A stretch of 64,000 bases of DNA from Eledone cirrhosa (Eukaryota), in the NCBI GenBank assembly GCA_964016885.1, contig OZ024740.1, positions 424,204,001-424,268,000 of the forward strand. Direction: 5' to 3'. The translations under genes were made by a program, and so were the position numbers. Of this stretch, positions 14,846 through 29,169 are shown in pieces (position 1 is the first letter of the stretch; every line of letters begins with the position of its first letter). The notes beneath the pieces are model-generated. The model saw only the letters and a program-made list of their open reading frames with translations, did not search any database and was not told the origin of the DNA.

Positions 14846-14998
14846 TTCATTATTTCTGAAGACGGCATATGTATGTGTTGGTATGTATATTCTATTTGAT
14901 AGTTTGTATAATTTTGTATAATTTTGTACATAGATCTGTTGAATATGCATGCCAATTCTAACACATATATGTCCTAGAAACGATCGTTAAATAATGAA
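14846..14998 (+). ncRNA. Type-I hammerhead ribozyme with long stem II (PLE terminal-repeat type)
   Basis: UUCAUUAUUU-CUGAAGA-[114-nt foldable stem II]-GAAA-CGAUCG-UU-AAAUAAUGAA: perfect 10-bp stem I, core motifs intact, palindromic stem III, predicted cleavage after 14988. Confidence 0.8.
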
Positions 14999-15055
14999 CT
15001 TTTTTGGTTTAATATAAGGAACTATTTCATTGTTTTATTCATTATTTTTTTAGTA

Positions 15056-15401
15056 TACATATATATATATATATATATATATAGTATAAATATATATATA
15101 TATATATATAGTATATATATATATAGTATAAATATATATATATATATATATAGTATATATATATATAGTATAAATATATATATATATATATAGTATATAT
15201 ATATATATATATATATAGTATATATATATATAGTATAAATATATATATATATATATATAGTATATATATATATAGTATAAATATATATATATATATATAT
15301 AGTATATATATATATAGATATATATAGTATATATATATATATAGTATATATATATATAGTATAAATATATATATATATATATAGTATATATATATATATA
15401 G

Positions 15402-15433
<32 letters not shown>

Positions 15434-15453
15434 GTATAAATATATATATATAG

Positions 15454-15485
<32 letters not shown>

Positions 15486-15854
15486 GTATAAATATATATA
15501 TATATATATATATATAGTATATATATATATATAGTATAAATATATATATATATATATATATATAGTATATATATATATATAGTATAAATATATATATATA
15601 TATATATAGTATATATATATATATAGTATAAATATATATATATATAGTATAAATATATATATATAGTATAAATATATATATATAGTATAAATATATATAT
15701 ATATATATATAGTATATATATATATATAGTATAAATATATATATATAGTATATATATATATAGTATAAATATATATATATATATATATATAGTATATATA
15801 TATATATATATATATAGTATATATATATATAGTATAAATATATATATATATATA
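15056..15854. repeat. Interrupted (TA)n array (TAGTATAAATA variant)
   Basis: Direct inspection. Confidence 0.97.
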
Positions 15855-15931
15855 ACGAAGGAAATGTGGTAAGGAACCAGGTGCACCATAACGCACCAAA
15901 GTACTCAATACTTGAGGTAGTAGAGTGGGTA

Positions 15932-16024
15932 ATAGGAACCAGTAAGACCCCGACAGCTGAGCTCAAGCCGTTTCGACGGCTCCGTCGAAACGGCTTGAGC
16001 TCAGCTGTCGGGGTCTTACTGGTT

Positions 16025-16029
<5 letters not shown>
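15932..16029. repeat. Perfect 48-bp inverted repeat, 2-nt spacer
   Basis: ATAGGAACC...TTTCGACGG / CT / CCGTCGAAA...GGTTCCTAT. Confidence 0.97.
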
Positions 16030-17668
<1,639 letters not shown>

Positions 17669-18047
17669 TCATCATCATCATCGTTTAACGTCCATGTTTC
17701 ACGCTTGCATGGGTTTGGACGGGAGTTTTCCCACTTGAGGCAAGAGTGGTTGTCTTGCTCGCATAGGACTGTCTGGCAGGTTTTCTACAGTTGGATGCCC
17801 TTCCTAACACCAACCACATTTACAGTGTGGGTCTGGGAGGTTTTTACCGTGTTGCCTACACGGCCACATTACAGCGTGGACTGTGTTTTTTTGTCGTGAC
17901 ACCTACACGATCTCATTTGTTTCGGCCTGGATGGCGCGGCACCAACATAACTTTACATAGAACGGGGTGGTGTGGATGGGGTGGGGGTGGGGTGGGGGGG
18001 TATTTTGTTAGAGATGCCTACTGGCTGTAGTAGGTTTTACTATGTAT

Positions 18048-21000
18048 TTAGGTAAGGCGGGTCTTCTCTGTTACTGAGTACCGCCAAAGGTCTCGGTCCA
18101 GTGACATTGTCTTGGAGAGGTGTAAGTGTGTGAGGTCGGAGTTTATCAGCTCGTCCCAGGTTTTTCTAGGTCTGCCTATTACGTGGCTACCGTTTATCTT
18201 TATTGCCCTGCACTTTGTTATACAGCTATCGACATTCATGCGCATCACGTGTCCATACCGACGTAACCTTCTCTCGAGTAAACAACATCTGATCCCTCTT
18301 ATTTCTAATTTTTTCCTTAGTTCGTTTATGCTTTGCCGTTCACATATATTACTGTTACACATCCAGCGGAGCATGCAAGCTTCGTTCCTCTCTAGTCTGC
18401 GTATATCCTCTGCACACAATGCCCAGGTCTCACTGCCATGCAACATTGCTGTTCGTATGCAGGCATCGTACAACCTGCCTTTCATTTTTAGGGAGAACCC
18501 TTTAGCAGCTAATAGTGGTATAAGCTCTCTGAACTTTTTCCAACCAGTTCTGACTCTAGCTACTGTACTTTCAGAGCACCTTCCCCCACTGCTGATTTTA
18601 TCGCCGAGGTAACGGAAGCTGTCCACTATTTCTATAGAACCCTCTGCGCAATTGAAAGAGCTAGTATTTTGTGGGCACTTGCTGCTACTTATTGCACCAG
18701 AGCACCGGCCACATGTAAATTCTATGTTCTTAGTTAGCTTACCTGTGATCCTACTACATCTTTTATGCACCCATACTTTGCATTTAGGACATAAAATGGA
18801 GTTTCTACCTACGCTTTTCCTACACACCGAGCACGACCATTTCCCAGAAGGGACCGCCGCCTTATTTTCTTTCCTACAAACTAGAACTTTAGTCTTAGCC
18901 AGGTTAATTTTAAGTCCTTTTGATTCTAGGCCGTGCTTCCATGTTTGGAATTTCTTCTCTAGCTCGGCCATTGATTCCGCTATGAGTGTCAGGTCGTCTG
19001 CGTATAGGAGTTCCCATGGGCAGCCGGTCTTGAACTCCTGTTATAGCCTGAAGGGCAATAATAAATAGTAGGGGGCTGAGAACAGAGCCCTGATGGACGC
19101 CAACTTTTACGCTAAACTCTTCACTATATTCGATGTTAATTCTAACCTTGCTGACTGTTTCTTTATACATGGCTTGTATAGCCCTCACAAGCCATTCGTC
19201 AACGCCTAGTTTTCTAAGAGCCCACCAGATAATGGAGCGGGGGACTCTGTCGAAGGCTTTCTCCAAGTCGACAAAAGCTAAGTAGAGGGGTTTACCTTTA
19301 GCTAGGTACTTCTCCTGTAGTTGTCGTACAATGAAAAGAGCGTCTGTGGTACTTTTGCCTGACACAAACCCGAACTGCATTTCATCTAGGTCAATTCTCT
19401 CTCTGATTAGTTGCGCTATTACTTTTTCCGTGACCTTCATGACCTGGTCGATTAATTTAATGCCTCTATAGTTACTCCTATCTAGGGTGTCTCCTTTACC
19501 CTTATAACAGTTAACGATGATGCTGCTATGCCAGTCCTTCGGAACAACCCCATTCTGTACGACTTGGTTAACTATGCGGCTGACCATGGTGTGTCCCACC
19601 GTGCCAGATGCCTTCAGCATCTCAGCAACTATTTCCGAAGGCCCAGCCGCCTTACCCGTCTTCATATCCTTGATTGCCTTACTTGTTATACTCCCCTCGA
19701 CTAACACTGCTGGTCCCTCTATTGGGTCGATATGGGGGAGACTGTCTTTCTCCCATTTATTCTCCTCATTTAGTAGCCTTTCATAGTGACACTTCCAAGC
19801 TACCTTCTTATCAGCGTCGGTGATGGCAAGTGTGCCATCATCGTTAAGTACACACTTCTCCCCGACAATATCACGGTTTTCCTTGACGCATTGCCTAGCA
19901 ATCCTGAACACCTCACGTTTTTGGTCCTCGCGTTGTAGAACATGCTTGAACTTTCTTTCCTCTGCTTCCCTTCTTGCTAAGTACACTTGTCTCCTAGCTT
20001 CCCTCCTGGCCACTTGATAGTCTTCTCTACTTCCCCCATCCCGCCATACTTTCCAAGCCTGCTTTTTGGCCTTAATTGACCCCTCCACCTTACTGTTCCA
20101 CCCCCATGTTACTCTCCTCCTGCCTACAAGCCTGCTCCAGCCACAGACTTTGTCTGTCGCCATCAGCAGGTTTGCTTTCAGAAATTCCCACTGTCCCTCT
20201 ATATTGTCCGACTCTAAATGTTCTTCCTTACTGTCGAAAGCATCAAGTAATATGCTTTGAAATTTATTTCTGGCTGTGGGGTCCTTTAGCTTCCATATTT
20301 TTCTCCTGAGGATAGTCCTCTTCTGCTGTCGAGTACGTCTCGTCCTGACTATGAGGTCGCTAATTATCAGTCTATGTTGGGAGGTGCATTCTTCATGGGG
20401 GAGGGATTTAGTGTTTACAACAGACACTCTGTCACGTCTTCTGGTAAGGATATAATCTACCTGGCTTGTGTGTTCCCCGGATCTATAGGTGATCAGGTGA
20501 TCGTCACGTTTTTTGAAGTTAGTGTTACAGATAGTTAGGTTATTTGCATGACAGAATTCCAGGATTCTGGAGCCTTCCTCATTTCTAGTACCAAACCCAT
20601 AGCCTCCATGGATTTCGTCGTAGCCGTCACAATGTTGTCCAACGTGACCATTTAGGTCACGTTGGACAACATTGCAATAATTATATAGTCACTGTCGGAT
20701 ATTTGGGAGATAGTTAGCATCAGTGTCTCATAGAATCTGTCTTTTATAGTGCCGGGCAGTCCAAATTGGGGTGCGTACGCAGATATTACTGTCACCGTAG
20801 TTCTATTGAGGAGTAGTCGTATTTTAATTATTCTGTCGTTCACTCTATTTACGTCTATTATCTTATCTGCCCACTTTTCTGCTACCATGATTCCTACTCC
20901 ACCCAGCCCATCGTCGTTTCCCACCCAGAAAAGCTTATAACATCGTTTTTTACCCTCAATGAATCTAGCAGACCCACCCCTCCACCTGGTCTCTTGAATA

Positions 21001-21308
21001 CAATAAACATCGACCTCCTTACGTTCAAGCATTTCTACAACCTCGTTAGCGCGACCCTTTAGGGTGCCTACATTTATGGTACCAACTCTGAAGTTTTGGA
21101 TTGCGTTTGGAAGGTGGGGGCGGTGGGGGGTGGGGGGAGATGGGGCTATGTTAGCCGTCCGTGGACGAAACAAAGAGGAGTGCTCGCATTCTCGTCCACG
21201 AGGTGAATTTGTCTTTAACTTTGGCATTTTCGCTGAGCGTCCAGATTTTTCTCTCCCTTCCACTCTCCAGGATTCCGCAGTCCATCCAACCATCCATCCA
21301 TCCATCAT
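18048..21308 (-). pseudogene. RTE ORF: AP endonuclease + reverse transcriptase + PHD-like finger, two frameshifts
   Basis: APE motifs GTINVGTL, CIQETRW, SAYAPQ, DLNGHVG, QVDYIL, SQHRLI; RT motifs YRGIKL, QFGF, FVDLEKAFDRV, GVHQGSVLSPLLF, YADD at 18993-19004; frameshifts at ~20660 and ~19039. Confidence 0.93.
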
Positions 21309-21344
21309 ATATCGAAAGGCAACCGGGCAAGCGATAGTATAGGC

Positions 21345-21447
21345 CTCTGGCTTATGATTGGTCCGCGTAATAATAATAATGGTGATACGTGGGGGCTCTG
21401 GCTTATGATTGGTCCACGTATTAACAATGGTGGTGTGTGGGGGCGGG
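21345..21447 (-). promoter_or_regulatory. Candidate internal Pol II promoter of the RTE: duplicated ~51-bp unit with CCAAT boxes plus a GC box
   Basis: GGACCAATCA twice on minus strand (ATTGG at 21357 and 21408 on plus); GGGGCGGG at ~21440. Confidence 0.45.
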
Positions 21448-21599
21448 TGGGAGGGGTGTTGGGTAGCTAGCTGGAAGGTTAGGATTGTTTAACAAGCGAT
21501 TAACAAAAAACAAAAATGCAAGATTTGTTCTGTTCAATACGACAAAAACTCCCGTATTTAACATAAATAACAAAAAGAATACAGATTATAAAAAAAATA

Positions 21600-21880
<281 letters not shown>

Positions 21881-22356
21881 ACCTCACACACTTACACCTC
21901 TCCAAGACAATGTCACAGGACCGAGACCTTTGGCGGTACTCAGTAATAGAGAAGACCCGCCTTACCTAAATACAAGGTAAAACCTACTACAGTCAGTAGG
22001 CATCTCTAACAAAATACACACCTGTCCCACCACCCCCACCCCATCCACACCGCCCCTTTCAATGTAAAGTTATGTTGGTGCCACAACATCCAGGCCGAAA
22101 CAAATGAGATCGTGTAGGTGTCACGACAAAAAACACACAGTCCACGCTGTAATGTGGCCGTGTAGGCAACACGGTAAGAACCTCCTAGTCCCACACTGTA
22201 AATGTGGTTGGTGTTAGGAAGGGCATCCAGCTGTAGAAAACCTGCCAGACAGTCCTATGCGAGCAAGACAACCACTCTTGCCTCAAGTGGGAAAACTCCC
22301 GTCCTAACCCATGCAAGCATGGAACACGGACGTTAAACGATGATGATGATGATGAT
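21881..22356 (+). mobile_element. RTE LINE 3' fragment (same subfamily as the full-length copy)
   Basis: Reverse complement of ~17668-18135 with few differences; (GAT)n tail. Confidence 0.93.
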
Positions 22357-22386
22357 ATATAGTGTATATATATATATATATATATA

Positions 22387-22420
<34 letters not shown>

Positions 22421-22475
22421 TGTATATATATATATATATATATATAGTGTGTATATATATATATATATATATATA

Positions 22476-22513
<38 letters not shown>

Positions 22514-22536
22514 TGTATATATATATATATATAGTG

Positions 22537-22575
<39 letters not shown>

Positions 22576-22963
22576 ACATGCAGACATAAATATATATATA
22601 TACACCTACACACAATTGTGTGTAGGCGTGTAAAAACTATTTATTTAGGCAGCAGTTGATTAAACAGTTAGGTGTAGTCATGTAAACATTGTTGTATGTT
22701 CAGCTGAAACTGTATCAAAACAAACAAACATCGAATCTTCAACCATAAATATACATATGTATTAATATATGTGTGTGTGTGTGTGTGTATATATATGTAT
22801 TAATATATAGGTGTGTGTGTGTGTGTATATATATATCAATATATATATGTATATATCAATATATGTGTGTGTCTGTGTATGTTTAATGTCTACTGTGTTA
22901 CTGTGTTGTTATGTTGGTTGGAAATTAGCTAACAATAAACAGTACATATGTAAATATATACAT

Positions 22964-23022
<59 letters not shown>

Positions 23023-23400
23023 GAGAGAGAGAACAAGTCAAACAAAGAATCGAGAGGATTCTTCAACTGTGTCGAAGTCATGACAACCCCCAAAATACTG
23101 GTGCCCCAATAAAATGCATTCTTTAGATTAAGGGAACACATGTAAATAAGAAACAGGCCCACAGTTCCAATCAAGTACTGACATGGTCTGTAACAACCTG
23201 TTCAACCCTTTCTAGCAAAGAAAACAGAGATTAAATGATGATGGTGATGGTAGTGTCTGTTTAAGTATGTATATATATCATGATTTTCATAATCTTACAC
23301 CCATCCCATTCTGGTATGGGTTGATAGACCCCCCCCAAAAAAAATGTGCCTGTTTTTGGTTCATTTTATTATTAATATTATATAGATATATCTTAGTGTA

Positions 23401-23575
23401 TAATTGTTTCTACTTTTGGCACAAGGCCAGCAATTACTCAGTACATTACTGGTACTTTATTTTATCGACCGTGTAAGGATGAAAGGCAAAGTTAACCTTG
23501 GCGGGATTTGAACTCAGATCGTAAAGGGACGTAACTACGCTGGAAAGCATGTCCGACCCTCACCCGATACTGACA
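23401..23575 (-). mobile_element. SINE family A
   Basis: Reverse complement of consensus unit. Confidence 0.85.
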
Positions 23576-25301
23576 AATAATACACGTGTTGGATGTGGTG
23601 TGCATTAATTAGAAAATGGGGGCAAGAGAATGGAATGCATGACAGGTTGTATTAGTAGTACAGTTGATGATGATAATGATAGTGGTTGCAGTAATGGTCA
23701 ATTACAGTGGCCACTGGTTGACAGCCATGATTCCAGGAAAGAGACAGAATAGATACTAAGTGATGAAAAATAACCTGGCCTAATCTGGTGTTTTACAGTT
23801 GACCCACTCCTAAACTTCTATTAATGGTCTCTCATTCTGATTATAGAGAGACTGGTGACTGATAAATAAATAGATAGTAGTATCAGTGGTGGTGGTGTGA
23901 TGTTATACCTGAGAGGGTCATGGAGTGCAAAACGGAGATGTGTGCATCTCACCTGAGAAAGAAGCCCCTTGAGGTGGATTAGCTGAAGCAGTGGGTGTTG
24001 CTGGCTGTTATCTGTAACAATATCTTGTCCACAGAGCATAAATATGCAGTTCCTCTCTTGCCCCTTTTCATTATTTTAATTTTGGTCTTCTCTATTTATT
24101 TCTCTCTTATTTATTATTTCAAACATTATAAACCCTTGTTGTCATATTAAACTTTTATATATTTAATATTTGTTTTGTTTCTTGTATTTCATTTTTTAAT
24201 TTAGTGTAAGGGAAAGTGGGATATATCTAATAAATAATAACATTGTAGGATATATCTAATAAATAATAACATTGTAGGATATATCTAATAAATAATAAAA
24301 TTGTAGGATATATCTAATAAATAATAACATTGTAGGATATATCTAATAAATAATAACATTGTAGGATATATCTAATAAATAATAACATTGTGGGATATAT
24401 CTAATAAGTAATAGCATTGAGGGATATATCTAATAAATAATAACATTGTGGGATATATCTAATAAATAATAGCATTGAGGGATATCTAATAAGTAATAAC
24501 ATTGTAGGATATATCTAATAAATAATAACATTGTGGGATATATCTAATAAATAATAACATTGTGGGATATATCTAATAAATAATAACATTGTAGGATATA
24601 TCTAATAAGTAATAACATTGAGGGATATATCTAATAAGTAATAACATTGTGGGATATATCTAATAAGTAATAACATTGTGGGATATATCTAATAGATAAT
24701 AACATTGTAGGATATATCTAATAAGTAATAACATTGAGGGATATATCTAATAAGTAATAACATTGAGGGATATATCTAATAAGTAATAACATTGTGGGAT
24801 ATATCTAATAAATAATAACATTGTAGGATATATCTAATAAGTAATAACATTGTGGGATATATCTAATAAATAATAACATTGTAGGATATATCTAATAAGT
24901 AATAACATTGTGGATATATCTAATAAGTAATAACATTGTGGGATATATCTAATAAATAATAACATTGTGGGATATATCTAATAAATAATAACATTGTGGG
25001 ATATATCTAATAAGTAATAACATCGAGGGATATATCTAATAAATAATAACATTGTAGGATATATCTAATAAATAATAACATTTTAGGATATATCTAATAA
25101 GTAATAACATTGTGGGATATATCTAATAAATAATAACATTGTGGGATATATCTAATAAATAATAACATTGTGGGATATATCTAATAAATAATAACATTGT
25201 GGGATATATCTAATAAGTAATAACATTGAGGGATATATCTAATAAATAATAACATTGAGGGATATATCTAATAAGTAATAACATTGTGGGATATATCTAA
25301 T

Positions 25302-25630
25302 CACACAGTCCACGCTGTAATGTGACGTGTAGGCAACACGGTAAAAACGTCCCAGTCCCACACTGTAAATGTGGTTGGTGTTAGGAAGGGCATCCAGCTG
25401 TAGAAAACCTGCCAGACAGTCCACGCTGTAATGTGGCCGTGTAGGCAACACGGTAAAAACCTCCCAGCCCCACACTGTAAATGTGGTTGTGTTAGGAAGG
25501 GCATCCAACTGTAGAAAACCCGCCAGACAGTCCTATGCGAGCAAGACAACCACTCTTGCCTCAAGTGGGAAAACTCCCGTCCAAACCCATGCAAGCATGG
25601 AACACGGACGTTAAACGATGATGATGATGA
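25302..25630 (+). mobile_element. RTE 3' UTR fragment with ~110-bp internal duplication
   Basis: Matches ~22133-22356; CAGTCCACGCTGTAATGTG occurs twice. Confidence 0.9.
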
Positions 25631-25796
25631 AGTAATAACATTGTAGGATATATCTAATAAATAATAACATTGTGGGATATATCTAATAAGTAATAACATT
25701 GTAGGATATATCTAATAAGTAATAACATTGTGGGATATATCTAATAAGTAATAACATTGTAGGATATATCTAATAAGTAATAACATTGTGGGATAT

Positions 25797-26207
25797 ATCA
25801 TCATCATCATCATCATCACCGTTTTACGTCCGTTCTTCCACGCTAGCATGGGTTAGACGGGTTGTCCTGTTGTGGGCAGTGTCTGGTCGGCTGACCATGC
25901 CTTGCTCATAGGGTTAGACGGGTTGTCCTGTTGTGGGCAGTGTCTGGTCGGCTGACCATGCCTTGCTCATACAGGAACTGATCTGGCTTGATTTCTACAG
26001 CTGGATGCCCTTCCTAACACCAACCTCATTTACAGTGAGTGCTGGGTGCTTTTTCGTGGCGCCTACACGTCCACTTTACAGTGTGGGCTGGGTCCTTTTT
26101 TGCCGTGGCGCCTCCACGACCACCTTGCGGTGGGGGGAGTGGGGGCATATTGTTTATATGCTTCAGCATGTACCCATGGGAGGTCGGGTACCCTGTATTA
26201 CTGCGTG
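25797..26207 (-). mobile_element. RTE subfamily-2 3' fragment with 61-bp internal duplication
   Basis: Matches ~12460-12792; 25851-25910 repeated at 25912-25971. Confidence 0.9.
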
Positions 26208-27692
26208 GATAACATTGTAGGATATATCTAATAAGTAATAACATTGTAGGATATATCTAATAAATAATAACATTGAGGGATATATCTAATAAGTAATAAC
26301 ATTGTGGGATATATCTAATAAATAATAACATTGTGGGATATATCTAATAAATAATAACATTGTGGGATATATCTAATAAGTAATAACATTGTAGGATATA
26401 TCTAATAAGTAATAACATTGTAGGATATATCTAATAAATAATAACATTGTAGGATATATCTAATAAGTAATAACATTGTAGGATATATCTAATAAGTAAT
26501 AACATTGTAGGATATATCTAATAAGTAATAACATTGTAGGATATATCTAATAAATAATAACATTGTAGGATATATCTAATAAGTAATAACATTGTAGGAT
26601 ATATCTAATAAATAATAACATTGTGGGATATATCTAATAAATAATAACATTGTAGGATATATCTAATAAATAATAACATTGTAGGATATATCTAATAAGT
26701 AATAACATTGTAGGATATATCTAATAAATAATAACATTGTAGGATATATCTAATAAGTAATAGCATTGAGGGATATATCTAATAAGTAATAACATTGTAG
26801 GATATATCTAATAAATAATAACATTGTAGGATATATCTAATAAATAATAACATTATAGGATATATCTAATAAATAATAACATTGTGGGATATATCTAATA
26901 AGTAATAGCATTGAGGGATATATCTAATAAGTAATAACATTGTGGGATATATCTAATAATAACATTGTGGGATATATTTAATAAGTAATAACATTGTGGG
27001 ATATATCTAATAAGTAATAACATTGTGGGATATATCTAATAAGTAATAACATTGTGGGATATATCTAATAAATAATAACATTGTGGGATATATCTAATAA
27101 GTAATAACATTGTAGGATATATCTAATAATTAATAACATTGTGGGATATATCTAATAAATAATAACATTGTAGGATATATCTAATAAATAATAGCATTGA
27201 GGGATATATCTAATAAGTAATAACATTGTAGGATATATCTCATAAATAATAACATTGTAGGATATATCTAATAAATAATAGCATTGAGGGATATATCTAA
27301 TAAGTAATAACATTGTAGGATATATCTCATAAATAATAACATTGTAGGATATATCTAATAAATAATAGCATTGAGGGATATATCTAATAAGTAATAACAT
27401 TGTAGGATATATCTAATAAGTAATAACATTGTGGGATATATCTAATAAGTAATAACATTGAGGGATATATCTAATAAATAATAACATTATAGGATATATC
27501 TAATAAATAATAACATTATAGGATATATCTAATAATTAATAACATTGAGGGATATATCTAATAAATAATAACATTGAGGGATATATCTAATAAATAATAA
27601 CAGTGTTGGTAAAATATATCAGGAGTTTGTCCCGGTCAATAGAGATACAGTTTGTAGGGTAATGAGGTTTGTTAATCTATCTCTCACTCAAT

Positions 27693-27780
27693 TTAACCCC
27701 TTAGTTACCAACCCAGCCAAAACTGGCTCTGGTTCTATGAAATAAAACCACCCATTTTAATGGTTTCAACTAAATTCTAT
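27693..27780 (+). mobile_element. Partial TTAA-flanked MITE (family M1)
   Basis: TTAACCCCTTAGTTACCAACCCAGCCAAAA as in the 35406 and 51567 copies. Confidence 0.65.
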
Positions 27781-29104
27781 AGTTCAAAATTTAAAAAAAA
27801 ACTCCAAGCAGTAGTAACTTGGTCAGTGAAAACCTGTTCAATCCTTACTAGCAGGAATATAAGATGTGTCTGTGTATGTATATCATCACCATCATTTTTC
27901 CATGCGTGCATGGGTTAGATGAGAATATACATATCACCATCATCATCATCATCATCACCATTTTATGTCCAAACATGAGACTATACATAGGCAAGAAACA
28001 GATCCCTGGCCTGTCTGGGAAGTCAGTAGCCCTGCTTCAGTACTGAATTGGTTTATGTAGACCCAACCAAACCTTACTAGAAGGGACAGCAAATGTTAAA
28101 ACAATGATGATGATATATATATCATAGGTGATAAATGAACCAAAATAAACACAGGGATGCAAAAATACAAAGTCGTATTGGGTTCACATTTGGGGGAAGT
28201 GGAGGAGGGTTTGACGTTTTGGACGGAAGTCCTTCTTCAAGAAAGTTTGGATGTATCATAGAAGCAAGATATAGCTACTTGCCTAATCTACTCTCAGTAT
28301 ATTGTAGCCTATCTAACCCATGCAAGTATGGAAAACAAGTATAAAATACTACTGCCGCTGATGATAATGATGGTGATGGTGGATACTAAAATTATCTTAT
28401 TTCTATGTATGTTTGGAGCTAGATTATAGCACAAACACTTCATTCTACATGAAAAATGTTTTGATTTATGCATTCTTAAAGATATTTCAGTAAATATCAT
28501 TTATTATAAATTCTCGTAAGAAAAGAATATATGTTTATTAAGTATATCAATAGAGATGATTTTTACAGCCATTACTGCTCACTTTTATAAACACACACAT
28601 AAAACAGTCACACACACACAACCACACAACAGTGTCACACACACAGATGTACTGATAATGTTCATACACATATCTAGAGTGGGAAAGCAGAAAGTAAAGT
28701 TGCACATATACATATGTACTAACAATACATATATACATACATACATATTTATAAGAGATACATACACACATACATTTTACAAGACATACATACACACCAA
28801 GACACACATATGAACATACATGAAAACAGCAAAGATGTGAAAACAAACACAGAAAACGTAAGTCAACAGAATGATTAAGGAGCCACTATGTAGTCGGTTG
28901 ACATGCTAGAAACAACAGCCCGCTCCATCAAGTCAAACTATTTAATTCTAAAGAAAAACACAACCAAAAAAACTAACCACAACAAATACATTCACAGACC
29001 AAGAATTATTCAATATAATTTATTAAAGAATACACTTTCTATACATTTAATTGTGTTTTGATATTTAGGATTTTAAAGGAAAGATGTTTTTAAATACTAC
29101 TTTT

Positions 29105-29169
<65 letters not shown>

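Larger units (their letters stand above)
24217..27605. repeat. 29-bp minisatellite array interrupted by two RTE 3' ends
   Basis: Unit GATATATCTAATAA(A/G)TAATAACATTG(TA/TG/AG)G; period 29 (CATTGTAGG at 24241 and 24270). Confidence 0.97.

Noticed and set aside
18112-21342. Plus-strand ORFs over the RTE (also 12878-13324, 36183-36620)
   Set aside because: Antisense shadows of LINE coding sequence
24217-27605. CRISPR-like 29-bp repeat with palindromic core
   Set aside because: Units are contiguous with no unique spacers, no cas genes, eukaryotic context
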